Virus record (IMG/VR): IMGVR_UViG_3300008255_000115
Location: 1-64,000 of that record
From: a virus
Reading direction: 5' to 3' (one strand)
Length of the DNA stretch: 64,000 nucleotides
Shown: in pieces, positions 18,660 through 27,760 of the stretch
How positions within the stretch are numbered: the stretch's first letter is position 1
Layout of the letters: each line of letters starts with the position of its first letter
The notes under the pieces: model-generated
The model's database searches: none
Seen by the model: only the letters and a program-made list of their open reading frames with translations
What the model was told of the DNA's origin: nothing
Translations under genes and position numbers: made by a program

Positions 18660-21236
18660 ATGATACCATATTTTTCATTTCTAAATTATAAAGATAGTGA
18701 TTATCAACTAGATAATGGATTTATAAGTAATATCCAAGTTTTAGGTGATAACTTACCTTTAACAGTTACAGTATCAGGACCTAATGGTTATACTGCAGGT
18801 CCTTTTGTATCACCAAGTGTGATACCAGCTTTAACAAGTTTAGAACCTGGACTATATATTTTAACTGTAATTAATATTACAGGTGAAACTTCTAACATAG
18901 AAATTACTATAGCTGAACTTTTAGAAACAGTACTTACAGCTACACTTGATAATCCATGTAATTGTACTGCGTGTAATTGTACACTATCGGTAATTAATTA
19001 TACACATAATTCAGAATGCTTCACATATAATTTATATAAAGATGGCTCTTTAGTAGATACATATAGTGGTTGTACTGATGGTGAACAACATGAATTTATA
19101 AATCTTTGTAGTGGACAATATACTATAACAGCTATTCCTGATGATGTTTCTATATATATATATAATGATCCAGATGGTATAGACCCTGTAATTACTCAAA
19201 ATATTGAGAATTCTCCAGGAGGTAGTACTCAAGTAGTTTTTGAAGGATGTCCTTGTTATATAGCAACAGATTGTGAAGATTCTAGTAATCAAATATTAAT
19301 AAGAGTTCAAGATGAATCTCTAGAACCTGAACTTGTATATCAATTTGAAGAGTATCCAGGTAAATGTTGGACTATAGAAATAGGAGAAAATTGTGATCAA
19401 CAGACTATCATTCTAAATACGGGTCTAATTGATTCAGAAGATGGTCCAATAGGAGCATATAATACTGAAGATTTTAAATGGAAAGTTGTTGGAATTGCAC
19501 CACTGGGTGCTGTAGTAACACCTTTTCCTGCTAGGATTGCAAATCAATCTTGGTATTCAGGATATGGTATTATTCCAGGAGCTGCATGGATCACTAAAGG
19601 TGGTACACCTAATGGTTCAGGAAACTTACCTCATGACACAACAACTGGGTTAACTATCTATAGTTTAGATTTTAATGTTCCTTTAGGATTTATACCATTA
19701 TTAAATTTACAAATATTAACTGATAATACAGCTATAATATTCCTTAATGGTATTCAGGTATTTGATAATTCAAGTGCATCTACTCCATGGGTTACACCAT
19801 CTCTATTGACATTAATATCTGGATTTAATGTTGGAACTAATACCCTTACAGTTCAAGTAAATAATGTAGGAACTGGATCTAATGGTTTTGCATTATCTGG
19901 TTCTATAACTACAGCAAATCCGCCTTCAGAACTTGTGATTGTATCAGAAATATTTGATAATTGTGAGCTTTGTGTAAATCCTGTTATTCCTAATATATGT
20001 TATGATTTAGAAGTAGTATGTGGTGGTGCATGTCCTAATTTATATGGAGTTAACAGTTTTGATTTTTCTCCTTATATAGGTCAGAATATAAGTATACAAC
20101 CACCCATCTCAACAGATCCTGAATGTTGGTATACACCTTATGCTATTAGACAAGCTGTTTTTGCTAATTTAGGAACACAGTTATTATCTTGGCCTTTTGG
20201 TTCATTTCAAGGAGGAACAAATGACATTACTTTTGGTTGTACCTCTTTAGTATTAAATACAACAGAATATATAACAGGTACACCACCTTCAGTTATAATG
20301 ACTCCTGCCACATATAATCCTGTAGAATGTACTGGATTAACTTGTACTGCTGTATCACCAAATACAACAGAAAATTCTTTTACAAATATACCTGATTTTA
20401 TAAATGCTATATTAGCTACTGCAGGTATATTAACTGTTCAAGCATTCTCAAATGATCCAGATAACTGTCCTATATGTGAACCACCAGTTGTAACAGATTC
20501 AGGATTAAATTTTGCTGGATCTGCTGATAAAAGATGTCAAGAAACATTTAGAATTCAGTATAGAGATGGTGATACTTTTCAAATAGTACTTACAGTTACT
20601 AATAATACTGGTACACGTATTATAACATTAACAGTAGCAAACAATAATATTACTACTCAAACATCTTCATTAGTGGGTACTCAAATGGTAACAAGTTACC
20701 AACCATGTAATGATAATATATACTGTGCTTTAGAAGATGAAAAATATGATATAACAGGAGTAACTGTAGAAGACCCTTGTCCTCCTCCACCTTTAGGTGA
20801 AGCTTGTGAAATACATCCAAGATTAGGAGAACCTGGTTTTTCAGTTAAGAATTGTGATCCAAAGAAAGTAATAGATATAAAAACCAAGTTTGCTGATTCA
20901 GTATTTGCTTGGTTTAAAAGAGACAGATATGGTATAAATACATGCTGTGAATTTGATTTAGATAAAATAGATATTAAAAACCAACTAATAGATCTTGGAG
21001 CTATTTATGATCCAGACATGTGTGTAGATGGATCACCAATACCTGGAGGATGTTGTCCACAACCATGTAATGCTGTAGCTGTGTTGTTAGTACCACAATC
21101 TATAACATGTCCTCCACCAACAAATGTTGATGTATTATTAGAAGTAGATGAAATACCAACAATACTTTGTGAACCACCAACAACTAAGGGACCAATAGGT
21201 ATATTAACAGGAATAATAACTATTGGTATTGAATAA
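18660..21236 (+). CDS. Cys-rich fibre/adhesin with SprB/PKD-like repeats and a jelly-roll lectin-like domain
   Basis: SGPNGY...LTSLEPGLYILTV; FINLCSGQYTIT; AAWIT...TDNTAIIFLNG...GTNTLTVQV. Confidence 0.55.
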   Translation: MIPYFSFLNYKDSDYQLDNGFISNIQVLGDNLPLTVTVSGPNGYTAGPFVSPSVIPALTSLEPGLYILTVINITGETSNIEITIAELLETVLTATLDNPCNCTACNCTLSVINYTHNSECFTYNLYKDGSLVDTYSGCTDGEQHEFINLCSGQYTITAIPDDVSIYIYNDPDGIDPVITQNIENSPGGSTQVVFEGCPCYIATDCEDSSNQILIRVQDESLEPELVYQFEEYPGKCWTIEIGENCDQQTIILNTGLIDSEDGPIGAYNTEDFKWKVVGIAPLGAVVTPFPARIANQSWYSGYGIIPGAAWITKGGTPNGSGNLPHDTTTGLTIYSLDFNVPLGFIPLLNLQILTDNTAIIFLNGIQVFDNSSASTPWVTPSLLTLISGFNVGTNTLTVQVNNVGTGSNGFALSGSITTANPPSELVIVSEIFDNCELCVNPVIPNICYDLEVVCGGACPNLYGVNSFDFSPYIGQNISIQPPISTDPECWYTPYAIRQAVFANLGTQLLSWPFGSFQGGTNDITFGCTSLVLNTTEYITGTPPSVIMTPATYNPVECTGLTCTAVSPNTTENSFTNIPDFINAILATAGILTVQAFSNDPDNCPICEPPVVTDSGLNFAGSADKRCQETFRIQYRDGDTFQIVLTVTNNTGTRIITLTVANNNITTQTSSLVGTQMVTSYQPCNDNIYCALEDEKYDITGVTVEDPCPPPPLGEACEIHPRLGEPGFSVKNCDPKKVIDIKTKFADSVFAWFKRDRYGINTCCEFDLDKIDIKNQLIDLGAIYDPDMCVDGSPIPGGCCPQPCNAVAVLLVPQSITCPPPTNVDVLLEVDEIPTILCEPPTTKGPIGILTGIITIGIE

Positions 21237-21247
21237 TTAAGAAAAAA

Positions 21248-21263
21248 TGCTTATATTATAATA
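21248..21263 (+). promoter_or_regulatory. degenerate phage promoter motif
   Basis: TGCTTATATTATAATA resembles the site at 16325. Confidence 0.45.
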
Positions 21264-21291
21264 AGAGTTATGCTCTATAAAACAAAACTTT

Positions 21292-22848
21292 ATGTTACCA
21301 ACTAATTCAGGACAAGCAAAAGACAAAGGATGTGCACCAGTTTCATCAAACTGTGTAGTATGGCAGGGACCATACTTAGATTGTATTGGTGTTTGCAAAG
21401 GTGATACTATCAGTGATGTTACTAATAAAATAGCAACTGAGTTATGTACACTAATGGAAATGTTTGATTTATCAGAATATGACCTAGCTTGTTTATCAAT
21501 ACCAACATCACAAACTCCTGCAGATTTTCATGCATTAACTCAGATTTTAATAAATAAAATTTGCGCACTAGAAGGAATAGATCCTGTTAATTCAGGAACA
21601 GATATAGGAGAATGTCCTGATAATTGTATTGTAGCTATTGCTTCATGTTTTTATTATATTAATCCTCAAGGAGATACAGTAACTACAATGACATTAACTG
21701 AATATGTTAATGCAATTGGTAATAAAATTTGTGATATTATTGATAATATTACAATACTTCAAAATGAAGTTGATACATTACAAGAACAAATTAATGGTAC
21801 ATCAGGTGGGGTATATACACCTACACCTCAAGGTATAGCAGGAGATATTGAAAACTTACAAGAAGATAAGGCAGATAAAAATTCTTTAGATTATCAAATA
21901 AATATTAGAACTAACCCTAGTGCCGGAGTACAATATGTAACAGATGCTATAAGATTTATAGAAAATTCATTACTTGGTACTCAAGATGCTTTGGGTTCTC
22001 AGACTTTAATCTATCAAAATATACTTAAAGCTGGTTTAATTGATGATGAAAATCGAGCTAATGGTACAGGTTTAATGAGTGGAATTACAGGATGGAAAGT
22101 TGATGCACAAACAGCAGCTGATTCATTAGGTAATTTATGGTTAACAGTCAGAGATCTAAGAGATGCTGTAATATATATGAAAGAAAATTGTTGTTCAACA
22201 GGTTGCTCAGATATATATTTAAACTTCAGAGCCCAGTTAACAGCTTCAATACTTACAATATTTACAGATGGATCTACAGGTTTTACTGATGATTGGAAAG
22301 AATGTACTGGTACAACCAAAGTAACTGTGAAAGATACTTTAGGGAATAGTGCTACATTTACTACAAGTATACTAGCTTTCAAGGATAATCCTAGTGGATA
22401 TTCAATTGATTTAGCTCCTACTGCAATAGATATAAGTACTGACTTAATTATAACTGCAGATACTTGTTTTATAAATACAGTAACTAATACATCATGTAAT
22501 ACAGATTATGTATACAATATCTCAAATAGTGCATCATGCCCGTCAGTAGTATTAACAGTTTATACAACAGCTGTAAACTATCAATTCAGTTCAACAAGTG
22601 GTTTTAGTTATATAATTAACGTATATTATAACGGAGGTACAATACCAGTTGCAAGTCAAATAATTGCTACTCCTGGGGTACTAATACTTAATAGTATTAT
22701 AGGTTTATTAAGTGAAACAAATTATGAATTAGAAATTGTAGTAGTAAACACATCAGGAGAAGAAACAGCTTGTCCAAAACAAGCTTTTGCAACATTGGCA
22801 GAATCTTGTCAACCTCCTATTAATGCAATTGCAATATTAACAACATAA
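21292..22848 (+). CDS. Cys-rich tail fibre/hub protein with coiled coil and C-terminal FN3-like domain
   Basis: Heptad segment IDNITILQNEVDTLQEQI; GLLSETNYELEI FN3-type strand. Confidence 0.6.
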   Translation: MLPTNSGQAKDKGCAPVSSNCVVWQGPYLDCIGVCKGDTISDVTNKIATELCTLMEMFDLSEYDLACLSIPTSQTPADFHALTQILINKICALEGIDPVNSGTDIGECPDNCIVAIASCFYYINPQGDTVTTMTLTEYVNAIGNKICDIIDNITILQNEVDTLQEQINGTSGGVYTPTPQGIAGDIENLQEDKADKNSLDYQINIRTNPSAGVQYVTDAIRFIENSLLGTQDALGSQTLIYQNILKAGLIDDENRANGTGLMSGITGWKVDAQTAADSLGNLWLTVRDLRDAVIYMKENCCSTGCSDIYLNFRAQLTASILTIFTDGSTGFTDDWKECTGTTKVTVKDTLGNSATFTTSILAFKDNPSGYSIDLAPTAIDISTDLIITADTCFINTVTNTSCNTDYVYNISNSASCPSVVLTVYTTAVNYQFSSTSGFSYIINVYYNGGTIPVASQIIATPGVLILNSIIGLLSETNYELEIVVVNTSGEETACPKQAFATLAESCQPPINAIAILTT

Positions 22849-22852
22849 AATT

Positions 22853-23398
22853 ATGGCTTGTACTAAATGTAATAATAACAGATGTGGTTGCAAAGATTCT
22901 GCACAGTCTATGGTAACTAGTTTTAGCAATTGTCCTAATCCATGTGAATCTAAAGAAACATGTGTTGAGGTTTTTGATATGCATTGTATTTGCTATCAAG
23001 GAGAAGACATTGTTGAATATGATATTAAAAAAGGAGACAGATTAGATGAAATTATGCAAAAATTAATACTTGCATTAACTAATGTAGGATGTGCATCATT
23101 CGGAGATCCATTATCTTGTCAAAGTCCTATTAACTTAACTGTATCAAATATTACATCTCAGTCATTTGAATTAGCATGGGATTCAACACCTTTAGCTACA
23201 TCGTATATAGTGGAATATAAAGATAGTACATCATTAACATGGTTACTAAATCCAACTGTTGTAGCCCCAACAACTAATGATACTATTATTGGTTTACTAC
23301 CAGAAAGAGTATATGATATTAGAGTAAATGCAATTTGTCCATTGGGCACTTGTTATTCATTAAATATAAGAATTGCAACATTAGCTGCAACAACTTAA
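22853..23398 (+). CDS. Cys-rich fibronectin type III domain protein
   Basis: P-x-NLTVSNIT-x-QSFELAW...YIVEYK...GLLPERVYDIRVNAIC is a canonical FN3 pattern. Confidence 0.8.
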   Translation: MACTKCNNNRCGCKDSAQSMVTSFSNCPNPCESKETCVEVFDMHCICYQGEDIVEYDIKKGDRLDEIMQKLILALTNVGCASFGDPLSCQSPINLTVSNITSQSFELAWDSTPLATSYIVEYKDSTSLTWLLNPTVVAPTTNDTIIGLLPERVYDIRVNAICPLGTCYSLNIRIATLAATT

Positions 23399-23418
23399 AC
23401 CAAATAAAAAATTAAATT

Positions 23419-24630
23419 ATGGCAACAGTAACAGCAACAATTACAATAGACTTTACAGCTAACTATGCTGGAGCACACAGAGTATGTTTTAGAATCCAAG
23501 GATCTGGAGATCCTTATGATTGTACTACATCAGTAGCATGCATAGGAGGTGGTACAACATGTCAAGCAATTATTACAACAAATGTTAACACAACAAGTTG
23601 TGATGGACCTATAACCTTTGAAGGTTATATCCAAGCAGCATGTGAAGATGTGTTATCTACAGGAGGTAGACTAGCATGGACAGCATTATTTACACCTAAT
23701 GTGATTTGTCAAAGAACAGAAGTATTATGTGCAAGAGGTCCGATTCAAGTTGTAACACCTAATCCAGGTGGACAGGAATATACTCTATCTGATACTGTTA
23801 CAGTAGTCAGAAATGGAGCAGATACTGAAGTGGATAATGCTATTATATCAATAGGTACAGTTGGAGATGGTATTATTAATTCTATTTCTAGTTTATTATC
23901 TCCTGGTACAGGATATACTGCATTAGATGTACTAACAATTGTTGATGCTACTGCTTCAGGTATTGGAGGTACAATTAGAGTAGATACAATAGGTGGTAGT
24001 GGTGAAATATTAACTTATACACTAACTGCAGGAGGTTCACAATATATTGGTGGATTTACTTTTACAGGAGGAACAGGTGTTGGAGCTAACTTTGATATAC
24101 AATCAAATGGCGTTGACTATAATAAATATGGAGCAATCACAGGAATTACAATAACAAATGGTGGTTCTTATTCAATAACTCCTACAATTACAATAACAAC
24201 AGCTACAGGCAGTGAAGCAGTTTTAGATGTAACTCTAGCTCATTGTGGCATTTATAATGATGTAGGTCTAGACTGTATAGGTGGAGATCCAGTAAATATA
24301 GCTGATGGAGATTTAAACGTAGGTGATACATTTGTAACTTGTATAAATGGTGGTCTAGTTGCTGCAACCCCAACTGAATATGATGTTACAGAAACAGGAT
24401 GTTGTATTCCAGAAGACACAGATATATCACCATGTACTGACTACCACTTAGATAATGGTTCAGGAGTACCTGTTAATGTTCATATTACTAATTGTGAAGG
24501 AAATGATGAAATATTAGTAGTTCCCGCATTAACAAGCATAAATAGATGTCTAGTTACTGGTGGATTTATTGATCCACAAGTAGCAGGGTTCGTAGTTCTA
24601 GATACAGGTGGGCCATGTGTAGTATCCTAA
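23419..24630 (+). CDS. Gly/Thr/Cys-rich virion structural (fibre/spike-like) protein
   Basis: Repeated NPGGQEY / SPGTGY / AGGSQY / NGGSY units. Confidence 0.6.
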   Translation: MATVTATITIDFTANYAGAHRVCFRIQGSGDPYDCTTSVACIGGGTTCQAIITTNVNTTSCDGPITFEGYIQAACEDVLSTGGRLAWTALFTPNVICQRTEVLCARGPIQVVTPNPGGQEYTLSDTVTVVRNGADTEVDNAIISIGTVGDGIINSISSLLSPGTGYTALDVLTIVDATASGIGGTIRVDTIGGSGEILTYTLTAGGSQYIGGFTFTGGTGVGANFDIQSNGVDYNKYGAITGITITNGGSYSITPTITITTATGSEAVLDVTLAHCGIYNDVGLDCIGGDPVNIADGDLNVGDTFVTCINGGLVAATPTEYDVTETGCCIPEDTDISPCTDYHLDNGSGVPVNVHITNCEGNDEILVVPALTSINRCLVTGGFIDPQVAGFVVLDTGGPCVVS

Positions 24631-24638
24631 AAGAAAAA

Positions 24639-24715
24639 GTTAGATGTGAGGTTTGTTGGTTTAACCACTACTAACATAAGCCCTGGAGATCAATGATCTC
24701 TGGGGCTTGCTTTTT
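24639..24715 (+). ncRNA. candidate small RNA or 3'-UTR element with anti-leader loop UGUUGGUUU
   Basis: Stem GTTAG..GT..GGTT / AACC-AC..CTAAC closes loop TGTTGGTTT; terminator follows immediately. Confidence 0.4.
24678..24715 (+). terminator. Rho-independent terminator
   Basis: 14-bp stem AAGCCCTGGAGATC-aat-GATCTCTGGGGCTT (two G-U pairs), then GCTTTTT. Confidence 0.85.
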
Positions 24716-24760
24716 ACAATAATTAAACTTATCTTTACACTATAAAAAATACTATGTACT

Positions 24761-25546
24761 ATGTGTATAAAAAGAAAAAGACTTTTCTATGACATTGAAA
24801 CAAGTTTTTGTCAGGGACACTTCTGGAAACCAGGATACAATCAAAACATCCTTCCTCATCAAATAATAAAACATGCTCAAATCATATGTATCTCTTGGAA
24901 ATGGGAAGGAGAAGATGAGATTCATAATGTTGATTGGGGTTTAAAAAAACAAGATGACAAAGAATTATTAAAGAAATTCATTATTGAACTGGATAAAGCA
25001 GATGAAATAGTAGCTCATAATGGTGATAGCTTTGACATAAAATGGATTAGAACCAGAGCAGTATTTCATAACCTTAAAATGAAACCTAAGTATAATATGA
25101 TTGACACCTATAAGTTAGTCAAATCATACTTAAGATTACCTTCAGCATCTTTAGCAGCAGCTTGTAGCTATTATCAATTAGAAGCTAAGAAAGATCCAGG
25201 TGGAATAGGAACATGGATAGACATTGTTTTTGGTAAGTCTCAAGAAGCTTTAGATAGAATGATTGATTATTGTAATGGAGATATTATAAGCTTGGAAGCT
25301 TTATTTCAAAAAATAAAACCATACATACTTCATAATTTACATTATTCAGTCCTAAGAGGAGATGAGAAATTTCATTGTCCTGAATGTGGACTTCTTGGTA
25401 AATGGAATCAAACTTATACTACCAAAGCAGGTACAACAACACATTGGTTAAAATGTAAAGATTCAAGTTGTAGAAAATATTGGAAAGTAAATAACAAGAT
25501 ATATCAAGACTTCAATAAGTATAAATGGAAGAATGGTATTAAGTAA
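24761..25546 (+). CDS. DEDDy 3'-5' exonuclease (RNase_H_2/YprB-like) with C-terminal Zn ribbon
   Basis: ExoI YDIET, ExoII HNGDSFD, ExoIII YCNGD; CPECG...CKDSSC. Confidence 0.85.
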   Translation: MCIKRKRLFYDIETSFCQGHFWKPGYNQNILPHQIIKHAQIICISWKWEGEDEIHNVDWGLKKQDDKELLKKFIIELDKADEIVAHNGDSFDIKWIRTRAVFHNLKMKPKYNMIDTYKLVKSYLRLPSASLAAACSYYQLEAKKDPGGIGTWIDIVFGKSQEALDRMIDYCNGDIISLEALFQKIKPYILHNLHYSVLRGDEKFHCPECGLLGKWNQTYTTKAGTTTHWLKCKDSSCRKYWKVNNKIYQDFNKYKWKNGIK

Positions 25547-25600
25547 ACCTTATAAGTTTAAACTTGTAAACCTCATAAATTTTTAGTATATTATAGTATA
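25545..25600 (+). promoter_or_regulatory. phage promoter motif with palindrome
   Basis: AAACCT-tat-AAGTTTAAACTT, then TTTAGTATATTATAGTATA. Confidence 0.7.
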
Positions 25601-25607
25601 AATAACT

Positions 25608-26123
25608 ATGTCAACATTTAAGAAACCTGACTTATCAGCTCCTAGGTTTAGACCAAAGAGTAAAAATATTTTAAATAAAGCTTTATATATTGCTTTTATT
25701 GAAAAATATCCTAATTATAAAGGATTAAGTCCTAAAGTATTTAAAGACATAATATTAAAATATAATGGATCAATAAGAAAGGCTGTAATTAGCAATAGAG
25801 ATGGTGTTAAACTTCCAGAAAGTTTAGGTTATATACTTATTGCAAAATGTGATAAACCTAAAGGTGATAATACAGATTTTGTAGCATCAGCAAAGTATGG
25901 TAAAAAAGTAAATCATGCTAACTGGGATTCAGATAATTATTTAGCTAAAATATGTTATACAAACTATTCAGTTAAGTATAGATTTAGTGATAGAGAACTT
26001 TGGTCATTTAAAGCTGTTAAACAGTTTAGAACAAGTGTAGCAGAAAGTTTTCCTGAACTATATAATAAATATATTCACTTAACAGAACATACTAAATTAC
26101 ACGGGCTCTTTAAAAATACATAA
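25608..26123 (+). CDS. divergent HU/IHF-like protein
   Basis: Basic; FKDIILKYN...IRKAVI...GVKLPESLGYILI...WSFKAVK; same position as IHF-like genes before crAss-like tail genes. Confidence 0.55.
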   Translation: MSTFKKPDLSAPRFRPKSKNILNKALYIAFIEKYPNYKGLSPKVFKDIILKYNGSIRKAVISNRDGVKLPESLGYILIAKCDKPKGDNTDFVASAKYGKKVNHANWDSDNYLAKICYTNYSVKYRFSDRELWSFKAVKQFRTSVAESFPELYNKYIHLTEHTKLHGLFKNT

Positions 26124-26124
26124 A

Positions 26125-26805
26125 ATGGCAACAACAATTGGATATACAGTATCAAGAGTAAGAAATAGTATGAAGGCTGTAAAAGAAGATGCCTTTGTAA
26201 CAGATAGATATTTATGGAGTGTTATTACAAAATATGCTAAATTATTTATAAAGCGTCAGGATAATCAAGATAAACTTTTAAGATTTAAAAGCTTTTGGAA
26301 AACTCTTCCTTGTGTTGAATTAACTGAAGTAGACAAAATAGAAGCTTGTTGTGGTATTACATCAGGATGTACTATTATGCGTACAAAGGATAAACTACCT
26401 ACACCTTTTGAGGGACCTTTTGGTCCCATGTTTAGAACAGTATCATCAGTAGATGTGTCTCAAGAAATATATCCAACTGAACCTGGAACATATAGTTCTA
26501 TGAGTAAAACAACTACTTTCAAGTATAACAAAAGTAAATACTACTGGTGGTTAAATGGTTATATGTATTTTCCAAATATTCCTTGGGATGCTATTAGAAT
26601 TGAAGGAGTATTTGAAGATGATATTAATCAATTTGCATGTGATGGAAAAGATGCTGCAGGTGAATGTACACTTAAGCAAGATCAAGAAACTAATATTCCT
26701 GATGATCTATTTGCAGAAATAGAAAAACAAGTATTAGCAGAAATATTACCACAAACTCAATTACCTCCAGATAATACAGATAATAAACAAAATCAATTTA
26801 GATAA
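26125..26805 (+). CDS. tail ring/tubular structural protein
   Basis: Ring-protein layout (N-terminal helices, YYWWLNGYMY, IEGVFED, C-terminal helix); position. Confidence 0.55.
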   Translation: MATTIGYTVSRVRNSMKAVKEDAFVTDRYLWSVITKYAKLFIKRQDNQDKLLRFKSFWKTLPCVELTEVDKIEACCGITSGCTIMRTKDKLPTPFEGPFGPMFRTVSSVDVSQEIYPTEPGTYSSMSKTTTFKYNKSKYYWWLNGYMYFPNIPWDAIRIEGVFEDDINQFACDGKDAAGECTLKQDQETNIPDDLFAEIEKQVLAEILPQTQLPPDNTDNKQNQFR

Positions 26806-26807
26806 AA

Positions 26808-27749
26808 ATGGCACATAATAACTACTCTCTACGCTATAAGACCTTTGATCAATTATTTGAAGAGGTTACTGTAGACTTTAAAAACTATGCTTTAGAAGGT
26901 GCAATTAATCCTCATACCTTACTTAAGGTAGCTAGGAAATGCAACTATGACTTAGGTTTTAGAATATATAGAACTAGACAAGCTGTACTAGAAGTTGAGC
27001 ATGGTAAAATAAGAATGCCGGATGATTTTCATATATTAAACTTTGCTGTAGTATGTGGAGAATATACAATAACAGAAGCTCTTCCACAAGGAACTCATAT
27101 TGAAGAAAGACTAGTGGCCCCAAATTATGTATGTGAACCAGGTCAGCCAAGCAACTGCTCAACACCCGCACCTGACCCTTGTAATGATCCAGTAGATCCT
27201 TGTAATAATTTAGATCCGTGTACAGGAACATGTATTACAAAATGTGGGGATGAATATCAAATAATACAAAAAATACATACTAGAACATGTACATATAAAC
27301 AAATGTATCCATTATATATTACAGATAATGAAAAGGTACAATGTGAGTGTCCTAACACAATGTGGAAAGGTGCTTTCAATGAAGCACGTATAGAAAATGG
27401 ATGGCTTATAACAAACTTTGAAACAGGAAAAGTTTATATAAACTACATGGGAGACATGATAGATGATGATGGTAATATTATGGTACCAGATCATGAAATG
27501 ATAAATGAGTACTATGAGTATGCTTTAAAAGAAAGAATACTAGAAAACTTAGTCATGAATGGAGAAAATGTAGGAGACAGATATACATTAATTGCTCAGA
27601 AATTAAGAGCTGCTAGAAATAATGCTCTTACAATTGTAAATACTCCTAACTTTAGTGAACTCAAGAAATTATGGGAAGTAAATAGAAAAGCACAGTACCA
27701 TAATTATTATAACATGTTTAAGTCATATTGGCCTTTAAGCTATAAATAA
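26808..27749 (+). CDS. tail tubular (ring) protein with Cys/Pro-rich insertion
   Basis: Directly upstream of the muzzle gene; TNFETGKVYINY...DDDGNIMVPD; insert DPCNDPVDPCNNLDPC. Confidence 0.6.
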   Translation: MAHNNYSLRYKTFDQLFEEVTVDFKNYALEGAINPHTLLKVARKCNYDLGFRIYRTRQAVLEVEHGKIRMPDDFHILNFAVVCGEYTITEALPQGTHIEERLVAPNYVCEPGQPSNCSTPAPDPCNDPVDPCNNLDPCTGTCITKCGDEYQIIQKIHTRTCTYKQMYPLYITDNEKVQCECPNTMWKGAFNEARIENGWLITNFETGKVYINYMGDMIDDDGNIMVPDHEMINEYYEYALKERILENLVMNGENVGDRYTLIAQKLRAARNNALTIVNTPNFSELKKLWEVNRKAQYHNYYNMFKSYWPLSYK

Positions 27750-27760
27750 GAATACATAAA

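Noticed and set aside
24566-24662. TTTGTTGGTTT read as the leader of a minus-strand gene
   Set aside because: The nearest minus-strand ATG is over 30 nt away and opens only about 16 codons antisense to a structural gene
27150-27225. DPC tandem repeats as a DNA repeat element
   Set aside because: Degenerate at the nucleotide level; this is a protein-level Cys/Pro-rich insertion in the tubular protein
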